This document shows positions 36,173 through 48,006 of a stretch of DNA of 48,006 nt, in pieces. The notes under the pieces are model-generated. The model saw only the letters and a list, made by a program, of their open reading frames with translations, made no database searches and was not told the DNA's origin. The DNA lies in assembly GCF_000143415.4 (NCBI RefSeq), contig NW_003314305.1:976531-1024536 (forward strand). Direction: 5' to 3'. Every line of letters begins with the position of its first letter. Position 1 is the stretch's first letter. Position numbers and translations under genes: made by a program. This stretch comes from Selaginella moellendorffii (Eukaryota; Plantae; Lycopodiophyta).

Positions 36173-37741
36173 CTTGTTTGGTATAGACAGTGATAATTTT
36201 ATATATAAAGACTATGCCCTTTAAAGCTTTATAGGTAAAATCAATTATTGGTCTATGCTTATATATATTTCGAGGTCTATTAGGATTGTTACTATGGCAA
36301 GCCTAATTATTATAGCTCATTTGTGGAATGAGTGGTATAAAGTTTTTGTATGCAATGTATTCCTCTTGTAAATTGGCTTATCAATCACTCTTAGGAGTAA
36401 GCATTTAGCTTTCCAATCAATTTCGAAATGAGGATGGCTTTCTTCTAAATGCCAAATGTCTAAAACATTTCTTATATAAAAGTCCTAAAAATTTCTCAAG
36501 TCAAATGTTGTTTTTCATAGCATATCTATCTTGTTTAAGTGTGTTCCACCTTAAAAGATTTTTGCCTATCAATCAGATTTGAAATTGATCTAACATCTAT
36601 TAACCCAATTATCAATAAGTGTAATTTTGTGTATGGGTATCTAAGTTTTATTGTGGACCATTAAAGTTCCTATAATAGCTTCTTTGTCTAAGATTGCATA
36701 AAATTTTACCAATTATCTAGTAGGTAAAATTTATAATTCCTTTGTAAGTTATAATACTTAAGATTTGCATTTAACTCAAATAGGTAAACTATCTCTCTAT
36801 CTAGGAAGAATCTTGGTATTATTTTCTTTTTGTATAAATAACTCAACAGATATAAATCTCACTCACATTGTATACTTACAAAGTATTTTAAATGTATTAT
36901 CACACTTTCTTTGATAATAGTAAAGGTAGTAGGAGTTAGACTTCTGTATACCTTGAATAGAATATTGTCAAGTATTTCACTCGATAATTCATCTAGCTGT
37001 TTAAGCAATTTTGTTAAATCTATTATTCGTTAGTCTAGTTAAACATATAAGATACTTTAGTTTTTTCTTTTTTATACTTTTGCCTAGTCACACAAAGTGG
37101 GGATCAACTAACTTTCATTTGGGTCTATAAGCAAAATATATTTTCTGATAAGTGTGTTAGATTGCTGATAAACATTCTTATTTAGTCTACCTTAATTCCC
37201 CTATTCAAATTTTATTAAGATAGTGGAGGGTTATCAATCCTCAATCTCTTCACTTAGATGCACAGGAGGACCTTCCCTTTCTACCCATCCTTAGTGTGGT
37301 TAAAATTAATTCAATATAAGATCTTTGATATGTGATAGTCAATTCCAAAGTAACTTGCTTGCTTCACAATGGGTTTTACCCTCTGGCTTATAACTAACCT
37401 TGCCTTTGCAACTGTGGAATTAGAAAGAGTGGCCTATTGCTTTTGGTAAAATTTAGGTAAACTAGATCAACACTAACAACTAATTTGAATAGGGTATAGA
37501 GGCCATTTTATGAAATTGCCTTATGGAATCAACACAAGAATCAAATTGTCTAGCACATGATAGTCTGTTCTAGATTAATTTACTTGTAAAATGACATTAT
37601 GTAGCTTTTCAAACATGTGATAGCTAATTCATGGAAGTCTTTACTTCAGATTTCGACAAAAATTGCTTTTCAAAACAAATTTCTTTCTAACCTCTTTGCC
37701 ATAAGCAATAATGGTCAATACAAGTCTCTACTCAAACTTAT

Positions 37742-37936
37742 TGTAAGCAACCAAAAAGAACGACTCGAGAGACGATCCATAGAAGTTCAAATATAAAGGG
37801 AAAGGGCCCATGAATAAAAGTGCACCCCTTTTTCCAATTAGTTAAGGGTCTTGAGATATTTAGGGTTAAGTGTCCTTGGGTTTGAATAATACTAGGCTGA
37901 GTGACCTTCTAGGAAGTCCAAATTCATGAGGTTACA
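37742..37936 (+). mobile_element. Family E TRIM solo LTR
   Basis: TGTAAG...GTTACA, perfect TSD CTTAT. Empty site in the paralogue near 27721-27740. Confidence 0.94.
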
Positions 37937-38151
37937 CTTATATAATAGATTTTTGAACTTTGCAATGTATTTTAGAGTTTTTAGGAGTGTATAAGGCTAT
38001 TTCACCTTTTTAGACAAAATTCTTTTCTAATAACTCTAAACTTATTCTAGTTTTTTAGATATCAAAGTGATGGTAGCAATGTCTCTAAAACTGACGCCTA
38101 CACTTAATAACAAGCTTTACAACTCTTTATTCTACATTTATAGTGTGAAGT

Positions 38152-39295
38152 TGTCACGAATGTGACTTTGGGTATCGAAAGTTACATGTCAGCTAGTCCT
38201 TACGGACACTCTTTCCTTACTGCCACGACGGCAGGAGGTTAGTATTGTTGGACCTTTTATCCGTCTCTCTTGTTCAAGTGTTAGTAAACTGAGCTTAACA
38301 TCTGTACTTGGCCGGATGAGCATAAAGAAGGAATTCCTAAGTGTCTATTTAGCTGAGCATTCTCGGCCCTCTCTTTTGTGCTGTCTTGCACTGGCTTGAC
38401 AAGAACCCTCGCGTATTGAGACTAGTCCCTCAATATTGCTGGATGATAGTTTACCATGTCTACCAAACACCCTTGCTATCATGCCCTTTGTGTTAGTCTC
38501 ATTTCGGTCCCAAATACTATTTATAGAAAGTGTCTAGATTTGCTCATTTGGCATATCTACAGAATGTAGAGATTGGCTTGAACACAATGGTATTCGTCCC
38601 GTGTCCAAATTTGCATTCTAGTGCTATTCCATATTTAGTAAGTTTCGAGCTTGTCCCAGAGATTAACTCCTGGTACTAAGGAAGGCTTGGGGTGAAAACC
38701 CAAAGCATGTGTTCCTCAAGGGGGGGGGGGGGGGGGGGGCTGTGGGGGATTCCAAATGTATAAGTAGGGATAGTGGGTAAGTTGGGCATGGCCGACCAAC
38801 CTGAGGCATAATTTAACTCCCACTTGCGTGTCTGTCCTTGTTCGGCGTCCGGCTTGGGTCTAAGCCCAAGTTCCATTCCATGCTAGCTGGTGGAGTACCT
38901 ATGTCCTCACGTTAGGCCACTAGTATGCTGAAATAGCGCCAAACTCCATTTGGCTCCGTTTTGCATGCTGGTCCTGGCATTAGGGTGCTGGTTACTTTAG
39001 GACTGTTCCAAGTCGCTCCATGCCCCTGTCCCTTCGCTCCTTGGGCTATATGCTTGAGAGTTTCTCTGTGGTTTAGTTCCGTCACTCCTAGCTCCATGCT
39101 TGGGAGTTTAGCACCATTCCTTCATTCAGTGGCCCAAGGCCCTAATACTCGGGTTCCACACCACTGTCCTTTGGACACGTGGCATGTGACATGTGGCATC
39201 TGTCACGTGGCACAAAGAGGGTTTAGGTTCCGCTTCATGATGTTATCCTATAGTAAATCACCATAGGATAAAGGGTCAAAACCACATGCGCTATA
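38152..39295 (+). mobile_element. Family A solo LTR
   Basis: Full-length match to 18482-19624, TSD GAAGT/GAAGC. Empty site GTGAAGCCTCTC near 27936-27947. Confidence 0.94.
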
Positions 39296-40765
39296 GAAGC
39301 CTCTCGACTACTTCATTTAGCAAAAGTTCAATTAGCACATAGGGTTATTTATGCATTCGAAATATAGGCAGAAATTGAGCTACAACTCTTACTAGAGTAG
39401 TTATATAATTTTACCTATGTAGAAAATATTTACTATATGGGAATTCTCTTCTATGAGGAGGTACGTACATCTATAGATTACATCTCATAAAGGGTGGTTC
39501 ACACCTTATAATAGGTGTTTCATGCCTAAGTATTTCCCCTAGAAATTGGGCATTATTCAACTAGTCTGAAAGATGAATTTTCACGTTTATTCACTTGTAT
39601 ATTTGCTCTTTATCCATGCCTCACTTAGGGCATGTTTCACGTGATTGCCTTTGATTCCTCTCTATAGGGCTAGATGTGATGTGAGTGCTTTCAAAATCTA
39701 TCGAAGAATGACGCCTTTCACACTAAGTAGTATTTGCAAACTCTCTATATATAAAAGATAAGCCTTGATTAATTCGCCTAAATGTACTAAGTGTAGAAAC
39801 AATTCATGATAACCATTTCCAAACTTTTGACTTACGAGTCTTATGCAAGTTTTATAGACTCTTGCAGTATGCATAAAAGACTTAAACTCGAGATAAGTCT
39901 ACTTTTAAACCGTATCTAACTAGTAATCCAAGCTAAAGGACTTTGGATCAAAGCCTTGAGATAGCACAATATTATAATTGTAATTTTGCCTTTGTTAAAG
40001 CCTCATAAGATTTAGATGAATAATTTCCCAATTTGTTCTTCACTAGGGCTAGCTTTAGCTCCCTTTAAGCTGAAGTTGAAGACAAGAGTTATAAGTGCTC
40101 AATTTTCCTACTTGTATATGCTTACATAAATTATGACACTATTGAAAAATGTATCCTCTAAAAACCCAAGTGAGAACTTATTCAAAAGGAAATAATTCTA
40201 GAGTAGTTGATTATGTTTTCCACATTAAACAAACTCTATTCCTTTTTCTTTTAGATTTTTCTCAAGAAATTACTAGCAAAACAATTTAAACTTAAGTTTC
40301 TTGGTAATGTATGCCAAATTCCAATTTCAAATTAGTCTCAAGCTCTATGGCTTATGTGATGGTTGAAGAACTATATTTTTTGCATTGTCTTGGCACTAAG
40401 CCACTACAATTGCAAAAAGAACTCCTTCATTCAGTATTGTTCAAGCTCAAGTCCTTTACAATCACTGAAGAGATCTATTTGTGATTCCTAATGTTAAACA
40501 TGTTTAGAATTCACAAGCAATATTTCTCCCGGCTTTTTCTCAAGCTAGAGAGTGACGGCTTATCCCACCCTAGTTGCCAAAAGTGAGTAAGGTTTTTTCT
40601 ACCTATACTTGTGTTCTCGCCCCTGCCTGCAAAATAGTGATAGAAAAACAGAGACAAGAACGTAAAAAGAGATAAGAAGAGAAAATTGAAAATAAAGAAA
40701 AGAATAAAATAGAATAGAACTCAGCCTTGAACCCCAAAGGCATGAGTAAGGATAAGCATATGTCA

Positions 40766-41105
40766 CTCTCTCAATTGTACTTTGCATAAATAGTCATAAG
40801 TGGGAAAAAAGATGGTTAATTCAATGCAAATGCATACAACAATGAGTGGTTTTCCAGCATACAACATGCAAATGCAAATGCATACAACAATAAGATGTTT
40901 TCCAACACATCTAAATGCTACTTATATATTACATGATTTTATAACCGTTTTTAACTACTTCACACTTGTCCATGATGAGTGTTATCTAGGTCAAGTCTTT
41001 CTTCTTTGAATGCCTAAGTTTAAACATAACTTTATTTTGCCTAAGCTTCCTTTTTTTTCTATATCTAGGAAGATATATAAGATAAAACATATACCTCTTC
41101 ATCAT
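40766..41105 (-). mobile_element. Family F 3' region fragment abutting the LTR
   Basis: Matches 43727-44022. Confidence 0.8.
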
Positions 41106-41109
41106 ATAC

Positions 41110-42993
41110 TTAAGCAACTCAGTCATTTGACACTTGACCTCTACCTCCTCGACATGACTTAGCCAAAACAGTCATCAATCCTGGTTTTAGCACAATTTCA
41201 TGCTCAAATCTATGCAAAGATGGCAAGCCACATAGTAATTTAGTTTGGAATATGTTCTTGAACTCCTCAAGTTCCTCTGCTACTGTTGATTTGCTATATA
41301 AAAACTTTGATGTATCCAGTTCTTAGATATACATCAAATAGAGCTCATTCTCTTTATTGCATATAGTACTCTTAAAAGACATCACCAATATCAATTTGGT
41401 CAAGCTTGGAACATCACTTCTAAACCAAGTATCACATATGCCACCATACTTAAGCTTCACGTGTCAAAGGCTCCACTTGATCTCAGGATCAACATGCATG
41501 TGCCACAACATGCTAAGGATCATGTCCACATGGTGTAAATCCACAAGGAAGAAATCTTCCACCATGGTGATCTTGCCAGCTTTCACTAATAAAGTCATGC
41601 ACCACACCATCCCACTGCTGATTCTCAGTGGCAGCTCCAGAAATTCTATAAAGAATCAATTTAGTCACTAGAAACTTGTACTCTTTAACTAGCTTTGTGG
41701 AAACAAAATTTTTAGAACTGCCACTATCCAATGGAATACGTATTGAACAATCTCCCAGCAATCCCTTGACTTGAATCACACAAGATTCTGAAGCCAAGTC
41801 CATGGGATCATCACTCCAAATCCCATTGAGTGTACGGGCAACCACAGAGATAATCTTCCTACCTGGATTCTCCTCATATTGCATTTCCTAGACCTTCTTC
41901 CTGCTCAAAGCTCCAACACTCATGCTCAAAGACTTGTTCTTGTTTTTCAACAGCGGACAATCTACCTTCTAATGGCCTTCCACACCATACTTGTGCTCCT
42001 CCCATGTTTGGCACCCTTGTCCTAAGGATGTGGCTCGCCCTCATCCACAAAGTTCTGAGCTTGTTCAAAAAGCTCCTCCAAAGACTTCATTGCCTTGGAA
42101 GTTTTCAAGTGATCTTGCATCCCCTTGTTGCATAAGCAGTCCACAAAGTAATCTTTCTAAACCTCCTCAATGTAGTCATTGAGCACACAACTCAATAACA
42201 TTCCAAACTTCTCAATATACTTTTGCAGGCTTAAATTGTCTTGCTTTAGGTATAGAAGCTTACATCGTGCATAAAAAGCATCATAGCGAGGAGAAAATTC
42301 CTACTTGAAAGTTTCCTCAAATTCAGTCAATGATGCCAAAGGTCCCTTGCCAATAGTGGTACATTGATTCAAAAGGCAAGTCCACCAATGTGTAGCCTGG
42401 CCTTTAAGCACCACCTCCATGAGGATCAATGCATCCTCATCCGGTAATCTTTGGACCTGAATTCCAAGTCTTGCACAACCAGTTGAGCGCCTCATTTATA
42501 GGGACATCAGTGCCATCAAACTCAGGAATCCAAGCTTAATCTGTGACAACTCCCGCCACCTCAAGAATTCTCCATCTTTTTTATGTGTTCACACATATTT
42601 GCCAAAGATCCATGCATATCAATTTCAAGGGTCTGGATATTGCTGTTGAAGGCTTGCAATTCTAGCACCACCTCATCCATCATCCAAGCCTCCACAAATG
42701 ATTGATTAATAGTTTCCTCTATAGAATCTATAGCAGCAAACTTGTAGATTCTCAAACTCTACTCCTCTAATACCAATTATTAGAACCTAATGAAGAATTA
42801 CCATGCTGATGCAGAGAAGATTGCCAGCCATTCACCCCCAAGCCCTCTATGCCATTGCTCACAGCTGTGAGCACGCTCCACTTTCACTATGTCCCTCAAA
42901 AGCCCTTGATTAATCGTGAATTAATCTTTGTAAAATAAACTGATTAAACTTAACTTAGTTATACTTTAAGCCATATAGATTAACATTATAACA
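41110..42993 (-). mobile_element. Family G Ty3/gypsy remnant: ~215-bp LTR, Met PBS, decayed gag and protease
   Basis: LTR 42778-42993 and PBS TGGTATTAGAGG (minus 42775-42764). Gag motifs IPEFDG, LKGQATHWW and LKQ..LSLQKYIEKF; protease LDSGSSKNFV in ORF 41513-41884. Confidence 0.85.
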
Positions 42994-43129
42994 CTCTTTT
43001 TATTGTTTTAGTTTTCACCTTTGGTGAAGGTCAAGTAAGACACATATGAACTTCCACATATGAAGAAGAGTTAGGAAGAGCTCTTAACTGAGATCATATA
43101 AATTGAGCACAAAATTCAACATGCTAAGT

Positions 43130-43370
43130 CTTCAAAGTTGAAGAAATTAATATGCATTATGGACAATTGTAGACCAAAGGAGTGGCTAGAGACTATAGCC
43201 AAAATTTCTACTCATAAATTTAAATTTCTTATATAGATCATCCAACTCCTAAGAGAATGTATAAGTGGATATTAAAGAGTAAGTGAGCATAAATTTGATC
43301 CTCCAATCATATCTAGTGGGGAAGGTAAACTTAAAAGTAAAGGTGGAGCTAATAAGATTAAGCCATCTTA
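43130..43370 (+). pseudogene. Highly decayed gypsy RNase H-like fragment
   Basis: IDHPTPKRMYKWIL..SEHKFD (with a frameshift) resembles TDH...R..RW...L.E.DF. Confidence 0.35.
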
Positions 43371-43573
43371 GTAAAATATGGAGAGTGTGATGCAAAAAAT
43401 TCACAAATGCACATCCATTGGTTAGGTAGCTTTGTGAGATTGATTCTCAAATTTATGGTAAGTCATATATAATGCTAAAAATGAATATGGAATGAAAAAT
43501 ATTTAGTGGAATCTTTCATGTTTATCCCCCCTAGCCAGTATAGCTTGCACAAGGTACCCATGGCATAACCATT

Positions 43574-46500
43574 TAAATAAGGTTTTTTCTACCTATACTC
43601 ACATTCTTGCCCCTGCCTGCAAAATAGTGACAAATAAATAGAGACAGGAATGTAAAGAATAGAAGAAGAAGAGAATAGAACTCAACCTCGAACCCCAAAG
43701 GTGTGAGTAAGGATAAGTATATGTCACTCTCTTAACTCTATTTTGCATAAACACTCATAGATAGGAGAAAAAATAGTTAATTCAATATAACTGCATATAA
43801 TAGTGAATAGGGGTTATTTTCTAGCACATCTAAGTGCTACTTAGAAACTACATAATTTTATAACTGTTCTTAACTTCTTCTTGTTTATTTATGACAAGCA
43901 TTACTTAAATCGGGTCTGTCTTCTTTGGATGCCTAAACTTAGGTATAACTCTAGTTCACTTAAACTTTTTTCTTTTGCTCTGCCTAAGAAGATATACAAG
44001 ATAAAACATTTACCTCTTCATCACTCTCTCACAACAAAGCTACTGCCTGTCTTCACACAGTCGGATTCTCTAAATCCTACTCTAGGTTGCTAAGCTTGGT
44101 TTTCATAGTGATAAGCTCAATGCTTCAGCATAGATTGTCGAGTTCCTTATGTATGATTTGATTTTCCTGATCAAGCATAGCGATGCACTAGTCCTGGCAG
44201 CTAATGTACTCTACATTGGTGGATATGAAAGCCAAGATTGTGCTCTTAAGCTCTTGGATTATGTGGCACTAATGATTCTACTTGCCCATAACTCCATCCT
44301 CTTTCTTGGATTGTCTTGAGGTAGCTTAAAACTTGCACATGGTACTTTGTAGTTTCCTCATCTTCTACTAGCTGCATCATTTCATCAATTGGTTGCTTGC
44401 CTCCCTTGATGTGTTAAGTGAGTTCCTCCATGAAGCCTCAGACTGCTATCTCGCTAAGCTAACTTACGAACTTTTTCGCGAAGGTATGGCTAGCCTTAGT
44501 GCTGCTGCAGTGTCTGCTATTGCTATGGCTACCTCATCTTGCTAGACTGATCGGCTGAGGGTGTGCCACTATCTGATGCATAGGTGGACTGGAGAAGACT
44601 AAACTTGTACTCTCCTTTTTTGTAACCTTGTCCTTTTTATCTTGTTGAGTTTCTTTGTTGTGATCTTCTTGGTCTAAACTCACCTCATTGGCTATATCTT
44701 TAGCTAATGGTTTTGCAACATTTGTAGGTACATCGTGTGTCAAACTTTGTGGCTTAAGTTGTCAAATTTCTTCTGCAGCTTTGGTGTCCCTGATTCACCT
44801 AGTGTTGTTCATTTGTGCACTCATCACTTCCCCGATGCTCGAAGAGATTTGTATCAGCATCGGAATTGTCTCTATAGACATAGGCAAGTCATGACTTTAT
44901 TCCTAATCTAAATGTGGCATTTTATCACCATACTTGCTACGTCTAGCTTTTCTAAGGCATACTCGGCCACTAGATTCTGTGGAATGAACTTTAGAAATCT
45001 TGCAGCTTAGATTGTCGGATTTAGGCATAATTTCTTTTTGAGGGGAGAATTTTCCTTGCTTGAATCTGTATCATTGAGATTCTCCTCCACTTCCATATCC
45101 CTTGCTATCTCCCTTAGAGGAGATACTGGAGGTGGTGGCTCAATGGCAAGGTGAGGAACAAGATCTTCCTAAGCAGTGTAATGCTTGTAAATGCACTACA
45201 AAAATATGAAGACTCCCATCTTCACTTGCCTTCCTTTGCCTACCTGTAAGGCAATATTTTTAATTTCGGTCACAAATCCATTATAGGTGAAATGAGCTAT
45301 GTTTATTTGCCATCCAGTCTCAATAGCTTTTAATAGGTAGGCTATTTTGATACTAGCATTTTGTGCAACCGTCCTCCCATCAATGATGGTACACAACACC
45401 TTAAACCTAGCATGATAGTCAGCTTCAAGTAGTTGAAGTTGCCTCCTTATCCAAATGTGTAATTTAGGAGGATGTATTGTTCGGGTATGCGATCTTTCTT
45501 GCTCATTGTGATTATTTTGCCCTTGTTGTCTAAGCGAAAAATCTGGGTAAACTGGGTGAGTCCAAAGGGATGGACTCGCCCGTGGAAAAGAAAAACATGC
45601 TCCTTTGAGTACCACTTCTGGATAAGCTTGATCCCTTGCTCAATTGATATTTCTCCTTCAAATAACTATGCATAGGTAAGTAACCCAAAGGCATTAAGCC
45701 AAAAAAATATGCAACTCAAATGCTATCTAGAGCCACACAAGAGCAAATGTTAGCATCGCTGCTTACTAGGTCAAGCGCACTCTCAATTAGGTAGAGTGAT
45801 TTCGTCTTCACACCACTGCTATAAACCATTGATTCCACTTATGCACCGTGAATGTAAAATTGGGCACCTTTATTAACACTACATTAAGTCTCCCAGTCGC
45901 CTAACATTGAGTGTTTTTCCCATAAATCACCATGGACAACAAAAATGCCTAGGCAAGATGAGTATGTGGAGGAGCTGGATTATGGCTAAGTAAAGGTATC
46001 TAGTGAGCTTGTGCTTTCTCCCTATAACAAGTGTACATTACTTTAGAGTTAAGCCTGGAGTGTTGGCACATCTTGGCAAAGGTGTAAGTATAAAATGAAT
46101 GAGAGGGAAAAAGTGAAAGAGAAAAAGAAACTTCCTAGTTACCTCCAAATTACCTAAGTTGCCATGCCTTACTACGCTAGCCTTAAACTTTGTCCTCTTG
46201 CATTTTTTTGCTTTTGTATGCAAATATATTATGGAAATTTATTTTCCTTATTATCCTAGTAATCTCTACTCATTAATCCTCATGGTTTGTTAGTAGAGTT
46301 TATAAAATAGAGTAAGAAAAATGTAGGTATTACTCTTAGAGTATCTGCCCCTTCTTTTCTTTTCCTCTAAATATTGCTTAGAGAAAATTTCTATAGACCA
46401 TACTAGCAAGATTTTGAAGGAAGGCCCTCTCTAGAGAAAGAAATATTTGTCCAATGTATCTCTTGATTTCTTTCTTTAGAACTTCCCCATCATAGAAAAC

Positions 46501-48006
46501 ACTCAGATATATGAGGGTTTCTCTAGTATAAAGATGAATCTTTCCCAAAAGACATGTATTTTCCTTGTACTCTAAATGAACAGATCCATGTCTAAGCTTA
46601 TTAGGAAAAATTACTCCTTTTATCCAATTCCATTGATCTAGCTCTATAGAGAGATAAAAAATCTTAAAAATAAAATCCTAAATGATCTTAATATCCCCTC
46701 TATCCATTTTGAAAGCCAATTTATAGGACTATAATTGAAGAACCAATCTGCCTTTTTATGGTTCTACAAAGTTTGATGTCGTTTTGTAAAAATTTTCTAG
46801 ACACCTATTTTTTATTCAATTAACCATTGTATCTATGCACTTAATCATCACAATGAATATTTGCAAGGGCTTCATCTATGAGCTTATCTATAGTTTTGTA
46901 CCCTAAGATATAGACAATGTTTATGTTTATATCTTCATGGTACTTCTTTAAACAATTTAAATTTACTATTGCAGTATCGTCCCTGTTTAAGGTGTCTACT
47001 TTAGCCACTCATAGAGTTGATATCTTAGACAAAATAAATGGACCATTCCATTTTCTCTTGAATTTATTTCCAAGAGTATCTATTTTGTCTTGATACCAAA
47101 AAACCTTATCTTTTGGTTTAAACTTATAAGAGATTTTCAATTGTCAGTCATGTCTAACCTTTCTAGCTCTTTGAATTGCCTAGATTGCTTTAAACTTAAA
47201 TTTGTTTAAGCTTTCTATTTTGGTAAGTCTTTGCTTAAGAGTTTCTTTTTCATCTAAGCTATTTTTAATTACAATACGCAAAGAAGGAATTATAAATTCT
47301 ATATGCATTAAAACTTTCTGACCATAGGTAAAACAAAATGGTGTCATGCATGTGAATACTTTATATGTAATTATATAAGCCTATAAAGCATCTAGGATTC
47401 TCTTATCCCAGTTTTTTTTATTATCCTTTATAATCTTTTTCAAGATATTTTTAAGCACTTTATTAGTAGATTCAACCTAACTATTCACTTGCGGGTAATA
47501 TGGCATGAACTTTTTATGCTTAAGAATGGATTTTTGTATAAGAAAATTTATTGTTTCATTGATGAAGTGGGTGTCTCTATTTATAATGATTTCCTTAGGC
47601 AAACCAAATTTTACAATGATGTTTTTTATAAAGGAATTTGGCAATATTAGCAGTTGGGGCCTATTTTATAGACATAGCTTTTGCCCATTTAGTCATATAA
47701 TCAATAGAGACTAAAATGTATTTGTTCCTCTTACTGCTTGTCACTATAAGATCTATAAAATCCAATCCTCATTTATGAAATGCTTCATATGGATAGGTGG
47801 GATTTAGTTTGTGAATTTACTTTTTAAGTAGTAGTTTATGCCTTTGACAAATGTCACAATTTTTGTAGAAAATTGCTGTATCTTTCCAAAATATAGGCTA
47901 TCATAGCTTTGCTTGTAAGATTTTCTTTATAGTGATTTACAGTCAAGAATAGAGTTGCTGAAGGTCCCAAATGGGTATACGCGATCCTTCTTTCCCCTTT
48001 TCTTTT
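43574..48006 (-). mobile_element. Family F copy 4: integrase, extra 3' coding regions and 3' LTR (43574-43726)
   Basis: Minus-strand integrase remnants: C..CQR, PFHMKHF, PYYPQVN, TPFCFTYG, WNGPF. Continuous homology to 30570-33335 and to the F LTR. Confidence 0.88.

Larger units (their letters stand above)
33340..40765 (-). mobile_element. Family F copy 2: 5' LTR 40584-40765, PBS, decayed gag-protease; hosts E, B, E and A insertions
   Basis: PBS TGGCAACTAGGGTGGGA (minus 40579-40563; non-Met, Arg-like by recollection). Paralogous to 26150-28660. A protease C-terminal-like remnant lies near 36240-36290. Left boundary approximate. Confidence 0.72.

Overview
AT-rich eukaryotic DNA, most likely land-plant intergenic or heterochromatic sequence (a non-seed plant is plausible but is only an inference). 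It consists almost entirely of nested, methylation-decayed transposons. I found no intact host gene, RNA gene or CRISPR array. Using TG..CA ends, 5-bp TSDs, PBS/PPT signals and self-comparison, I resolved seven LTR-element families, labelled here A-G. A: 1.14-kb-LTR non-coding LARD-like element; one complete copy at 18482-25753, plus solo or partial copies. B and C: LTRs carrying hexamer-based tandem arrays. D and E: TRIMs and their solo LTRs. F: Athila/Tat-like Ty3/gypsy with ~180-bp LTRs and extra 3' coding modules. G: a gypsy gag-protease remnant. There is also a decayed DUF7869/Sola-like DNA transposase preceded by two TnpA-like domains (13890-16842). Most interesting: (1) several otherwise unrelated non-autonomous LTR families share cis-modules (GAAA-tetraloop hairpin/G-run/TATA-like core, LTR termini, leader); (2) relatively young elements carry fossil pol sequences with family-specific strand bias; (3) a ~230-nt multi-hairpin island lies in the element A leader; (4) the transposase has a chimeric domain layout. 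All alignments and identities were judged by eye.
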